From contig CAVWOM010000012.1 in NCBI GenBank assembly GCA_963756575.1, positions 142,257-206,256 of the forward strand: DNA of 64,000 nt, in the 5' to 3' direction. The notes under the pieces were generated by a model that saw only the letters and a program-made list of their open reading frames with translations, did not search any database and was not told the DNA's origin. Origin of the DNA: an uncultured Actinomycetota bacterium (GTDB taxonomy: Bacteria; Actinomycetota; Actinomycetes; Streptosporangiales; Streptosporangiaceae). Positions 8,964 to 17,773 of this stretch are shown here, one piece after another. Position 1 is the stretch's first letter; each line of letters opens with the position of its first letter. Both the position numbers and the translations under genes were made by a program.

Positions 8964-9929
8964 GTGAGACGGGAGGGCGGGGGCGTTCCCGTCGTCGACA
9001 TCTCGGCCGACCCCGCCAAGGTCGGCGCGGAGCTGGACGAGATCTGCCGGGCCGTGGGCTTCTTCCAGGTCACCGGCCACGGCATCGGCGACGCCGTCGC
9101 CGGGCCCGCCTGGGCGATGGCCACCAGGTTCTTCGACCTGCCGCTGGCGGACAAGCTGAGCGTGGCGCGCCCGACCGCGGATTACCCCTACGGCTACATC
9201 CCGCTGGCCGGGGAGGCGCTGAGCCAGTCGATGGCCGCCACGGCCGGCCCGCCCGACCTCAAGGAGGTCTTCAACATGGGGCCGCCCGGCCGCCCGGGGC
9301 GCGCGTTCGCCGACCCGGGCGAGGCCTGGTCCTACTCGCCGAACCTCTGGCCCGACGCGCTGCCCGGCCTGCGTCCCGCCTGGACGGCCTACTACGACGC
9401 CATGCGCGCCCTCGGCAACCGGCTGATGTCCCTGCTCGCCCGCGGCCTCGGCCTGCCGCCCGGCTTCTTCGCCGGGAAGACCGGGCACGGGCCGAACGCG
9501 CTCCGCGCCATCAACTACCCGGTCCCGGCGAGCCAGCAGCACGCCGGGCAGCCGCGGGCCGGCCCGCACACCGACTACGGCACGCTCACCATCCTGCGCC
9601 AGGACGCGGTCGGCGGCCTGGAGGTCCTCGCCGCCGGTGATACCTGGGTGGGCGTCGAGCCTGTCCCCGGCGCGTTCGTGGTCAACCTCGGCGACCTGAT
9701 GGCCCGCTGGACCAACGACCGGTGGCGCTCCACGGTGCACCGGGTCGCCGACCCAGCTGGAGGCGGCCAGGCCCGGCGGCAGAGCATGCCGTACTTCCAG
9801 AACGCCAACTGGTCCGCGCCGATCTCCTGCCTGCCGACCTGCCTGGCCGCGGGGGAGCGGCCGCGCTACGAACCCGTCCTGGCCGGCCCGCACCTGATGG
9901 GCAAGTTCCGCCGGTCGGTCGGCCTGTAG
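8964..9929 (+). CDS. 2OG-Fe(II) oxygenase, isopenicillin-N-synthase-like family
   Basis: N-terminal VPVVDIS...ICRAVGFFQVTGHGI and C-terminal HTDYGTLTIL...WTNDRWRSTVHRV (His-x-Asp...His, Arg-x-Ser) are diagnostic. GTG 8964 is preceded by GGGAGGG. Confidence 0.75.
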   Translation: MRREGGGVPVVDISADPAKVGAELDEICRAVGFFQVTGHGIGDAVAGPAWAMATRFFDLPLADKLSVARPTADYPYGYIPLAGEALSQSMAATAGPPDLKEVFNMGPPGRPGRAFADPGEAWSYSPNLWPDALPGLRPAWTAYYDAMRALGNRLMSLLARGLGLPPGFFAGKTGHGPNALRAINYPVPASQQHAGQPRAGPHTDYGTLTILRQDAVGGLEVLAAGDTWVGVEPVPGAFVVNLGDLMARWTNDRWRSTVHRVADPAGGGQARRQSMPYFQNANWSAPISCLPTCLAAGERPRYEPVLAGPHLMGKFRRSVGL

Positions 9930-10101
9930 CCGGTCCCTCGATACGAGGTATAGCCCGCTCGGCCTGGCCGGACCGAAGTGGCTGGCCGTGCCACGATGGC
10001 TGGCCGCGGCCGAGCGGGCCTGGGCCGACCCGGGGGAGGGGTCCTGGGTCGGCCCCGCGGCCGGGCCGGAGCCCGAGGCTCCGGCCCGGCCGCGAGTCGC
10101 G

Positions 10102-10650
10102 TTACGACGCCGGGGTGAGGTGCAGGTAGGTGACCCCGCCGTCGTAGGCCTCGAAACCCGCCCGGTTCCAGGTGGCCGCCGGCACGCTGTCGTCGAACAG
10201 CCGCGGCCCGCCCGGCCGGGTCACCGGGTAGACGAACAGGTGCAGGTCGTCCACGAGCCCGTCAGTGAGGAGCGCGTGCACCAAGGTGGCGCTGCCGCTC
10301 ACGTAGAGCGAGGTGGCGGACTCCTCCTTGAGCTGCTGGATCCGCTTGGGGTCGTACGCCCCGATGAGCTCCGAGTTCTGCCAGATCGGCTCGGTGAGCG
10401 TCGACGACACGACGTACTTGGTGGTGTTGTTGAAGAACGGCGCGCCCGGGTCGTCCTCGGCCGTGCGCTTGGACCAGACCGGCGCGAACATCTCGTACGT
10501 GGTGCGCCCCAGCAGGACGCCGTCGGCGTCTCCGATAGCCCGCCCCAGGTCCTCGCCCATCCGGGGGTCGAACCCGAACGAGGCCGTCCAGCTCGGGGCG
10601 TCGATCACGCCGTCGAGGGTGATGAACTCGTGCACGCGAAGCGATCCCAT
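10102..10650 (-). CDS. Dihydrofolate reductase family protein (RibD C-terminal domain type)
   Basis: MGSLRVHEFITLDGV... matches the RibD_C/DHFR-like fold family. An upstream in-frame extension is possible (start 10701). Confidence 0.65.
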   Translation of the reverse strand: MGSLRVHEFITLDGVIDAPSWTASFGFDPRMGEDLGRAIGDADGVLLGRTTYEMFAPVWSKRTAEDDPGAPFFNNTTKYVVSSTLTEPIWQNSELIGAYDPKRIQQLKEESATSLYVSGSATLVHALLTDGLVDDLHLFVYPVTRPGGPRLFDDSVPAATWNRAGFEAYDGGVTYLHLTPAS

Positions 10651-10747
10651 AGTTCCTCCCACATTCGCTTTTCCCATCAAGACGACGCCCCGCCACCGCA
10701 ATCATCGGACGCCCCGTCACAAAACCCGTCACGGTTTCCCGGCCCAG

Positions 10748-10787
10748 GCCGGAAGACCTCACGCCGGAAGACCTCACGCCGGAAGAC
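10748..10787. repeat. 15-nt tandem repeat (gccggaagacctcac x2.6)
   Basis: Direct reading in the divergent intergenic region between the DHFR-family gene and the MocR regulator. Confidence 0.7.
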
Positions 10788-10909
10788 GGTGTGCTCGCCC
10801 CCGTCCGCGGAGCCGCCCCGGCCCCTGAGCACACCGCCGCCGGGCGTCAGCCCCCGGCTGTGTGACGCCCGGCGTCAGCCAGCCTAACTGGCAAGTGGTC
10901 TCGCCGTTC

Positions 10910-10943
10910 GGTCCAATCGCCTGCATATAAATGGGTCCAATCG
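10910..10943. promoter_or_regulatory. Direct repeat GGTCCAATCG x2 (24-bp period) flanking an AT-rich CATATAAATG; candidate operator/promoter of the MocR-type regulator
   Basis: Lies 35-70 nt upstream of the regulator start. MocR/PdxR-type regulators characteristically bind direct repeats. No experimental support. Confidence 0.3.
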
Positions 10944-10977
10944 TGTCAGCTTGTCCCGGACCGGGTAGCTTCTGTGC

Positions 10978-12345
10978 GTGGAACTGGAGGTCGAATTCCA
11001 GCCGGGCGTCGCGCTGCGCCGCCAGCTGGAGGACGCGCTCCGGGTGGCGATCCGGTCCGGTCGGCTGCCACCCGGGTCGGTGCTGCCGCCCACCCGGGAC
11101 CTGGCCGACCAGCTGGACGTCTCCCGCGGCGTGGTCGTCGACAGTTACGCCCAGCTGGCCACCGAGGGTTACCTGTCGGCCAAGCGCGGCTCGGGCACCC
11201 GGGTCGCCGCGCTGGCCTCCTCGGGCCGCCCGCCCGTCCCGCGGGCACCCAACCCGGCGCACCACTTCCGCTACGACCTGCGGCCGGGGCAGGCTGACTA
11301 CCACGCCTTCCCGCGCGCCCGGTGGAAGGCGGCGCTGGTCCGCGCCCTGCGCGAGCTGCCGGACCGGCGGCTGGGCTACGCCAGTCACCGTGGCACCGCC
11401 GAGCTCCGGCACGCCGTGGCCGGCTACCTGGCCCGGGTGCGGGGCGTGGTGGTGCAACCGGATCACGTGGTCGTCTGCTGCGCGGCGTCCCAGGCACTGA
11501 CCGTGCTGTGGCACGCGGTCAGGAAGAACGGCGGCCGCCGCGTCGCGATCGAGGACCCCGGCTGGCGCTGGCAGCGGTATACCGCCGAGCACGCCGGGCT
11601 CGAGGCCGTCCCGGTCCGCGTCGACGCCGACGGCCTGGTCGTCTCCGAACTCGCCGCGGCTGACGTGGACGCGGTGGTGATCACGCCGGCCCACCACTAC
11701 CCGACCGGGGTGGTGATGACGGCCGAACGGCGCAGTGCTCTCATTGCCTGGGCCCGCGAGCGCGGGGCGCTGATCGTCGAGGACGACTACGACGTGGAGT
11801 ACCGGTTCGGCCGGGATCCGGTGGCGTCCCTGCAGGGACTGGCGCCGGACCTGGTGGCGTTCGTCGGCACGACCAGCAAGACGCTGGCCCCGGCGCTGCG
11901 GCTGGCCTGGCTGGTCCCTCCGTCGCACCTGATCGACAGCGTGGAGGACATGCTCCTGGTCACCGGCGTGTCCCCGCCGACCCTGGACCAGGTCGCGATG
12001 GCCTCGTTCATCGAGGAGGCCGCGCTCGAGCGCCATCTGCGCGCGATGCGCCGGAACTACCGGACCAAGCGGAACATCCTGGTCGAGGCGCTCGGCACCC
12101 ACCTGCCCGAGGTCCGGATCAGCGGCGCCGAGGCCGGGCTGCACCTGCTCGCCTGGCTGCCGGACGGCGCCGACGAGCACGCCACGGCCGAGCGGGCCCG
12201 GAGCCTGGGTGTGGGCCTGCACGAACTGCACCGCCACTGCGAGACGCACGCCCCGTCCCCCCCGGCCCTCCTGCTGGGCTTCGCCCTCCCGACCGAGTCC
12301 GAGCTGATCACCGCGGCCAGCCTCCTAGCCGAGGCCATGTCCTGA
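10978..12345 (+). CDS. MocR-subfamily GntR regulator (HTH + PLP-dependent aminotransferase-like domain)
   Basis: N-terminal GntR HTH (LPPTRDLADQLDVSRGVVVDSYAQLATEGYL) followed by a 350-aa fold-type-I aminotransferase-like domain. Confidence 0.85.
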   Translation: MELEVEFQPGVALRRQLEDALRVAIRSGRLPPGSVLPPTRDLADQLDVSRGVVVDSYAQLATEGYLSAKRGSGTRVAALASSGRPPVPRAPNPAHHFRYDLRPGQADYHAFPRARWKAALVRALRELPDRRLGYASHRGTAELRHAVAGYLARVRGVVVQPDHVVVCCAASQALTVLWHAVRKNGGRRVAIEDPGWRWQRYTAEHAGLEAVPVRVDADGLVVSELAAADVDAVVITPAHHYPTGVVMTAERRSALIAWARERGALIVEDDYDVEYRFGRDPVASLQGLAPDLVAFVGTTSKTLAPALRLAWLVPPSHLIDSVEDMLLVTGVSPPTLDQVAMASFIEEAALERHLRAMRRNYRTKRNILVEALGTHLPEVRISGAEAGLHLLAWLPDGADEHATAERARSLGVGLHELHRHCETHAPSPPALLLGFALPTESELITAASLLAEAMS

Positions 12346-12352
12346 GATAATC

Positions 12353-13195
12353 ATGGCAACACCCGATAGCGGAAAGGCCCGGGAATACGTGACACAGGAG
12401 CAGCCCGGTCGCAGGCCGCGGCTCGACACCAGCGTGGCGTCGATCGCGCGGATCTACGACTACTGGCTGGGGGGCAAGGACAACTTCACCGTGGACCGGG
12501 AGGCCGCGGAGGCGATGATCCGCCAGTACCCGGACATCGTGACGGGCGTGCGGAAGAACCGCGCCTTCCTCGGCCGCGCGGTCCACTACCTGGCCGCCGA
12601 GGCGGGCATCCGCCAGTTCCTCGACATCGGCACCGGCCTGCCCAGCAGCAACAACACCCACGAGGTGGCGCAGCGGGCCGCGCCGGAGTCCCGGATCGTC
12701 TACGTGGACAACGACCCCATCGTGCTCAACCACGCCCAGGCCCTGCTGACCAGCACCCCCGAGGGCGCCTGTGCCTACATCGACGCCGACCTGCGGGACG
12801 CCGGGAAGATCGTGCAGGACGCGGCGGCCACGCTGGACTTCACCCAGCCGGTCGCCGTCTGCCTGATCATGATCTTGCAGTTCGTTCCCGACCAGGACGA
12901 CCCCGGCCAGATCGTCCGCGCGCTGATGGACGCCGTGCCACCGGGCAGCTACCTCACGATCGCGCACCCGGCCAGCGACGTGGACATGGGCCTCGGCCCG
13001 GCCTTCCGGCAGCTGAACACGCGGATGGGCCCGACCCAGGTCGTGGCGCGCAGCCACGAGCAGATCAGCCGGTTCTTCGACGGCCTGGACCTCGTCGACC
13101 CGGGCCTGGTCCAACTGCACCGCTGGCGCCCCGGTCCCGGCGCGGACACCGCCCGCCCCCTAGCCGCCTACGGCGCCGTCGCCCGCAAGCCCTGA
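12353..13195 (+). CDS. SAM-dependent methyltransferase (DUF574-like, actinobacterial)
   Basis: Conserved IARIYDYWLGGKDNF...DIGTGLPS motif pattern. 280 aa. Confidence 0.65.
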   Translation: MATPDSGKAREYVTQEQPGRRPRLDTSVASIARIYDYWLGGKDNFTVDREAAEAMIRQYPDIVTGVRKNRAFLGRAVHYLAAEAGIRQFLDIGTGLPSSNNTHEVAQRAAPESRIVYVDNDPIVLNHAQALLTSTPEGACAYIDADLRDAGKIVQDAAATLDFTQPVAVCLIMILQFVPDQDDPGQIVRALMDAVPPGSYLTIAHPASDVDMGLGPAFRQLNTRMGPTQVVARSHEQISRFFDGLDLVDPGLVQLHRWRPGPGADTARPLAAYGAVARKP

Positions 13196-13256
13196 CGGCC
13201 CGCAAGCCCTGACGGCGCCCGCAAGCCCTGACGGCGCCCGCAAGCCCTGACGGCGC
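13178..13256. repeat. ~20-nt tandem repeat (cgcccgcaagccctgacgg x~3.5) starting inside the last codons and stop of the methyltransferase
   Basis: Direct reading. Sits between convergent genes. Confidence 0.75.
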
Positions 13257-13274
13257 CGCCGCAACCTGGGCGCT

Positions 13275-13670
13275 TCAGATCGAGCGCGCGTTCGCGCTGT
13301 CGCCCGGGTCGATGCCGAACGCGATGATGCGCGCGGGCCGGATCCGGACGATGGTGTCCTCGAAGTTGTCGCCGAACGCCTTGCCGCCGGCCGGCCGGAC
13401 CTCCGCGGTCCCGCGCACCTCGATCATGCGCGGCTGCCACGGCGGCAGCACGTCGTCGATCACGATGCTGGCCCGGCCGGTGCGCTGCACGTCGCGGGTC
13501 TTCTTGGTCTGGCTCATCCGCATGCCGCCCACGTCGATGGCGTCCTGCTCGGCGTTGTAGCGGAACGAGGTCGGCACCACGTGCGGCTGCCCGTCCGCGC
13601 CCACGGTGGCGATCCGGCCCAGCCGCTGCGAGGCCATGTACTCGATCTCGAGATCGGTGAACGCGCTCAT
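13275..13670 (-). CDS. PPOX-class (pyridoxamine 5'-phosphate oxidase-like) F420/FMN-binding family protein
   Basis: 131 aa. LGRIATVGADGQPHVVP...RMIEVRGTAEV is typical of the PPOX class. Confidence 0.65.
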   Translation of the reverse strand: MSAFTDLEIEYMASQRLGRIATVGADGQPHVVPTSFRYNAEQDAIDVGGMRMSQTKKTRDVQRTGRASIVIDDVLPPWQPRMIEVRGTAEVRPAGGKAFGDNFEDTIVRIRPARIIAFGIDPGDSANARSI

Positions 13671-13747
13671 GCCCGCTTAAGCTCTCTGTGCACAGGTAGC
13701 TCCTCTATGGTCTGCTGCCGGTCACGTTACCGATAAGGAGAGCCATC

Positions 13748-14773
13748 ATGCGCGGAGCGCGCGGAGCGGTCCTGTACGGCCCGGGAGACGTGCGCCTCGA
13801 CGAGTGCGCCGAGCCGCGGATCGAAGAGCCCCGGGACGCGGTCATCCGGCTCGCCGCCACCTGCGTGTGCGGATCTGACCTGTGGCTTTATCGCGGAATC
13901 ACCCAGGTGGAGACGCCCTACCCGATCGGGCACGAGTATTGCGGCGTGGTCGAGGAGGTCGGCGCCGACGTCCAGACGATCAAGCCCGGCCAGTTCGTCA
14001 TCGGCTCGTTCGTCGCCTCCGACAACACCTGCCCGAACTGCCAGGCCGGCTACCAGACCACCTGCCTGCACCGTCAGCCCGTCCGCGGCGCCCAGGCGGA
14101 ACGGCTGCGCGTCCCGCTGGCCGACGGCACCCTGGTGGCCACGCCCGGGCGGCCGGCCGACGACCTGATCCCGAGCCTGCTGACCCTGTCCGACGTGATG
14201 GGGACCGGCTGGTTCGCCGCCGTCGCGGCCGGCGTCCAGCCGGGCATGACCGTCGCGGTGGTCGGCGACGGCGCGGTCGGCCTGCTCGGCGTGCTGTCCG
14301 CGGCCCGGATGGGGGCCGGCCGGATCATCGCGATGAGCCGGCACGAGCCCCGGCAGAAGCTGGCCCTCAGCTTCGGCGCGACCGACATAGTGACCGAACG
14401 AGGTGACCAAGGAGTGGATCGTATCAAGGACCTCACTGGCGGCGTCGGCGCTGACGCGGTGCTCGAGTGCGTCGGTACCGGCGAGTCGATGACGCAGGCC
14501 ATCCGGTCGGCCCGGCCCGGTGCGATGGTCGGTTTCGTCGGCGTCCCGCACGACGTGGCCATCGACGGCGAGGACCTGTTCCGCACCCACGTCGGCGTGC
14601 GCGGCGGCCCCGCCCCGGTTCGCCGCTTCCTGCCCGAGCTCATCGACCTGACCTGGCGCCGTGAGATCAACCCGGGCCTGGTCTTCGACCTGACCCTGCC
14701 GCTGGACGAGGTGGCCGAGGGCTACCGCGCCATGGACGAGCGCCGCGCCGTCAAGTCCTTGCTAATGCCCTGA
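13748..14773 (+). CDS. Zinc-dependent alcohol dehydrogenase (MDR family)
   Basis: GHEYCGVVEEVG, Cys-rich structural Zn site (CPNCQAGYQTTC), GDGAVGL Rossmann motif. Preceded by AAGGAGAG. Confidence 0.85.
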   Translation: MRGARGAVLYGPGDVRLDECAEPRIEEPRDAVIRLAATCVCGSDLWLYRGITQVETPYPIGHEYCGVVEEVGADVQTIKPGQFVIGSFVASDNTCPNCQAGYQTTCLHRQPVRGAQAERLRVPLADGTLVATPGRPADDLIPSLLTLSDVMGTGWFAAVAAGVQPGMTVAVVGDGAVGLLGVLSAARMGAGRIIAMSRHEPRQKLALSFGATDIVTERGDQGVDRIKDLTGGVGADAVLECVGTGESMTQAIRSARPGAMVGFVGVPHDVAIDGEDLFRTHVGVRGGPAPVRRFLPELIDLTWRREINPGLVFDLTLPLDEVAEGYRAMDERRAVKSLLMP

Positions 14774-16708
14774 GCCGGTGTACGCGCGGACGTCGGCGAC
14801 GCTCCACCAGCTGCCGCTGGACGCGGTGAGCGTCATCCGGACGTACCGGACCGGAGCGCCGGGCAGGTTCACCACCGTGAACTGGCCGGTGCCCTGGCCG
14901 CTGGCCGCCGTGCTCCAGGTCACCCCGTCGGTGCTGACCGCGACCGTGTAGCCGCGCGGGTAATCCCCGGTCGACGCCCCGGTGTCGAAGACGACCTGGC
15001 GCGCCGGGACCGCCCGCCCGAAATCGACCTGCAGGAACTGACCGGGCGCCTGGCCCGCGCCGGTGGTGTAGCGGGTGCTGGCGTCGCCGTCCACCGCGCT
15101 GGCCGCCGAGTCGGCCCCCGGGTCGGCCGTCGCGGTCCAGCCCTGCGGGCTGACCTGGCGCTGGTCGTAGGTCCCGGCCGGGGTGCCGCGCCAGGTGAAG
15201 GTGGCCAGCGCCCCGCCCGGCAGGGTGTAGGAGAACGCCTGGCTGCCTTCGCGGACCCCGAACGTGCTCGGGTTGTCGTTCTCGTTGTGCGCGACCAGAA
15301 CGGTGCTGCCGTCGGGGTTGCGGAAGGCCACGTCCATGACCTGCCCGTTCCACCCGGTGGTGCCGAACGAGGTGCTGGCGATGCGCACCGCTCCCGGCCG
15401 CACGAACCGGGCCAGGTGTCCGAGCGTGTAGTACTCCGCGTTCTTGGTCACGGCGTCGCCCGGGCCGACGGTGACGATGGGCGTGCAGTTGGTGCAGCCG
15501 CCGACGTGCGGGCCGCCGGACGGGTCCAGGGCCAGGTTCCAGTTGATGACGGTCTGCGCCCAGTTCCGGGGCGAGCCGATGATCAGGTTGCGGGCGTGCC
15601 ACTTGAGCGTGTCGGAGAAGGTGTTCGCCGGGTCGGCCGACTGGCTGCCCGAGCACTCGGTGAAGTAGATCGCCTTGTCCGGGAACTGGTCGTGCAGGGT
15701 GCTCATCGCGCTCGGGTCGCCGTAGTAGCAGTGGTAGGCCACACCCGCCACGTACGGGGCGGCCGGGGAGTTCAGCACGTTCTGCGGGTAGGCGTTGATG
15801 TCGGCGGTCTCGTCCGGCGGGGTGGCCGCGACGTCGTTGGGGTGCTCGCTCCAGTTGTGGTCGTAGGCGAAGATCTGGGTGCGCAGGCCCGCCGCGCGCA
15901 GCATCGGCCCGAGGTCTTCGATGACCTTCTCTTCCTGCCCGGACGGCATGTCGGTGCCCGGGTAGCCGGACGGGGTGCGGTTCTGCGGCTCGTTCTGCAC
16001 CGTGATGGCGTTCACGGCGACGCCGTTGGCCCGGTACGCCTCGACGAACTTCAGCAGGTACAGCGCGTAGGAACGGTAGATCCGCGGGTCGTCGATCAGG
16101 CGGCCGCCGATCAGGGACCCGTTCGTCTTCATCCACGCGGGCGGGCTCCACGGGGTCGCGATGATCTGCAGCCGCGGGTTCAGCGCTTTCGCCTCCCGCA
16201 GCAGCGGCAGGATCTGCGCCTGATCGTGCTTGACCGAGAAATGACTCTGCGCGTAGTCGGTCTGCCCGGCGGGCAGGTCGTCGTAGGTGTAGTCCGCGGT
16301 GGCGACGAAGTTCGAGGCGCCGATGGGCTGGCGCAGGTAGTCCAGGCCGTCCCCGGTCACCGGGTCGAACAGGGACCGCATCGTGGCCGCCCGCGCCGCC
16401 GGGGACAGCCGGTACAGCACGGTGGCCGACGAGTCGGTGATGGCCCCCCCGAAGCCCTGCATGACCTGGTAGGTCAGCGTCGGGTCGACCACGATCGCGG
16501 GCGCGGCGGGGACCGCGCCGCTGAACGTGGCCGGAGCCAGCGGCGTGAGCTTGTCCGTCCCGTCCGGCGTGGTCACCCACACGTGCGCGGTCACCGGTGC
16601 CGGGGCCGCGGCGGCGGGGCCAGCCGTGGCGGCTGCCGCAGCACCGGCCGCCGCTAGCGCCGTAACCAGCGAGGCCGCGATGAGTTCGATCCGGGCCATC
16701 TTCGCCAT
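14762..16708 (-). CDS. Secreted glycoside hydrolase family 30 (glucosylceramidase-like) with C-terminal F5/8 type C (discoidin) domain
   Basis: Signal peptide MARIELIAASLVTALAAAG. GH30 core (QGFGGAITDSSA...NEPQN...FTECSG). C-terminal discoidin-like 150 aa. Start ambiguous (16699/16708/16723). Confidence 0.8.
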   Translation of the reverse strand: MAKMARIELIAASLVTALAAAGAAAAATAGPAAAAPAPVTAHVWVTTPDGTDKLTPLAPATFSGAVPAAPAIVVDPTLTYQVMQGFGGAITDSSATVLYRLSPAARAATMRSLFDPVTGDGLDYLRQPIGASNFVATADYTYDDLPAGQTDYAQSHFSVKHDQAQILPLLREAKALNPRLQIIATPWSPPAWMKTNGSLIGGRLIDDPRIYRSYALYLLKFVEAYRANGVAVNAITVQNEPQNRTPSGYPGTDMPSGQEEKVIEDLGPMLRAAGLRTQIFAYDHNWSEHPNDVAATPPDETADINAYPQNVLNSPAAPYVAGVAYHCYYGDPSAMSTLHDQFPDKAIYFTECSGSQSADPANTFSDTLKWHARNLIIGSPRNWAQTVINWNLALDPSGGPHVGGCTNCTPIVTVGPGDAVTKNAEYYTLGHLARFVRPGAVRIASTSFGTTGWNGQVMDVAFRNPDGSTVLVAHNENDNPSTFGVREGSQAFSYTLPGGALATFTWRGTPAGTYDQRQVSPQGWTATADPGADSAASAVDGDASTRYTTGAGQAPGQFLQVDFGRAVPARQVVFDTGASTGDYPRGYTVAVSTDGVTWSTAASGQGTGQFTVVNLPGAPVRYVRMTLTASSGSWWSVADVRAYTGSGH

Positions 16709-16902
16709 CCCGTCACGTAACAAAATTAAACAAATCCGAAACCTGTTATGCGGGGTAGCGAACCAGGGAGCATCCCCTCACGTCAACCGGCCGCCAGGTA
16801 CGTATTACTAGGTAAAGCGAAGACGCCAGGTTGCAATGGTTTGCGGTGATACGCGAGGCCTGCCCCGGAGGACGCCGACGGGGAAGGACGGGCCGCCCGC
16901 CC

Positions 16903-17724
16903 TCACCGGGCCAGGGCGGCCAGGTAGCTGGCGGAGGCGGTGTAAGCGCGCTCGATGGACAGCCCGACCCGGGTCCGGTCCCGGTAGCGGAACTGGGCCC
17001 GGCCCGGCGGGAGGCGGTCGCCGCCGGTGGGCAGGACGTGCACCCGGACGTCGGCCGGCAGCGCCGACATCTCCTCGTGGAACCGGTGCCGCCGGGCGAT
17101 CTCGAACGCGACCAGGCCCACCTCCCACGGGCGGCGCGGCACCGCCAGCGGGCTCTCGATCCGCCCCACCTGCAGCACGTAGACCACGGTGGCGCCGAGC
17201 GCCACCGCCCGGCCGACCGGGATCGAGTCGACCAGGCCGCCGTCGAAGTAGTGGGTGCCGCCGATCTCGACCGGCGGCAGCAGCCCGGGCACGGCGCACG
17301 AGGCCATGACCGCGGGCACCACCGGGCCGGAGGAGAACCAGCGGGCCGAGGCGCCCTCGATCGAGGCCGCCACGCACTGGAACGGCAGCTTCAGGTCGGC
17401 GAAAGAAGGCCCGGGCAGCACCGAGGCCAGCAGGCGGCTCAGCGGCTCCAGCGAGTGCAGGTGCGTACCCGAACGGACCAGACGCACCGCCCGGCTCCAC
17501 AGCCTCTCGCTGTAGGCCAGCCGGAGCTCTTCCCCCTGCCACATCCGGCTCAGCCGGTCGGCCGCGCCCGACGGGTCGGCCGCCACCAGGGCCCCGTTGA
17601 TCGCCCCGATCGAGGTGCCGACCACCAGGTCGGGCCGGACGCCCGCCTCGGCTAGGGCGCGCAGCATGCCGATCTCGTGGGCCCCCAGCAGGCCTCCGCC
17701 GCCCAGTACGAAAGCCGTGGTCAT
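16903..17724 (-). CDS. Patatin-like phospholipase
   Basis: GGGGLLG oxyanion motif, GTSIG nucleophile elbow, DGG catalytic Asp. Confidence 0.8.
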   Translation of the reverse strand: MTTAFVLGGGGLLGAHEIGMLRALAEAGVRPDLVVGTSIGAINGALVAADPSGAADRLSRMWQGEELRLAYSERLWSRAVRLVRSGTHLHSLEPLSRLLASVLPGPSFADLKLPFQCVAASIEGASARWFSSGPVVPAVMASCAVPGLLPPVEIGGTHYFDGGLVDSIPVGRAVALGATVVYVLQVGRIESPLAVPRRPWEVGLVAFEIARRHRFHEEMSALPADVRVHVLPTGGDRLPPGRAQFRYRDRTRVGLSIERAYTASASYLAALAR

Positions 17725-17773
17725 ATCCGCAGCCTAGCCATCCAGCCCCCGGCGAAACCTGCCGGGCGAAACC

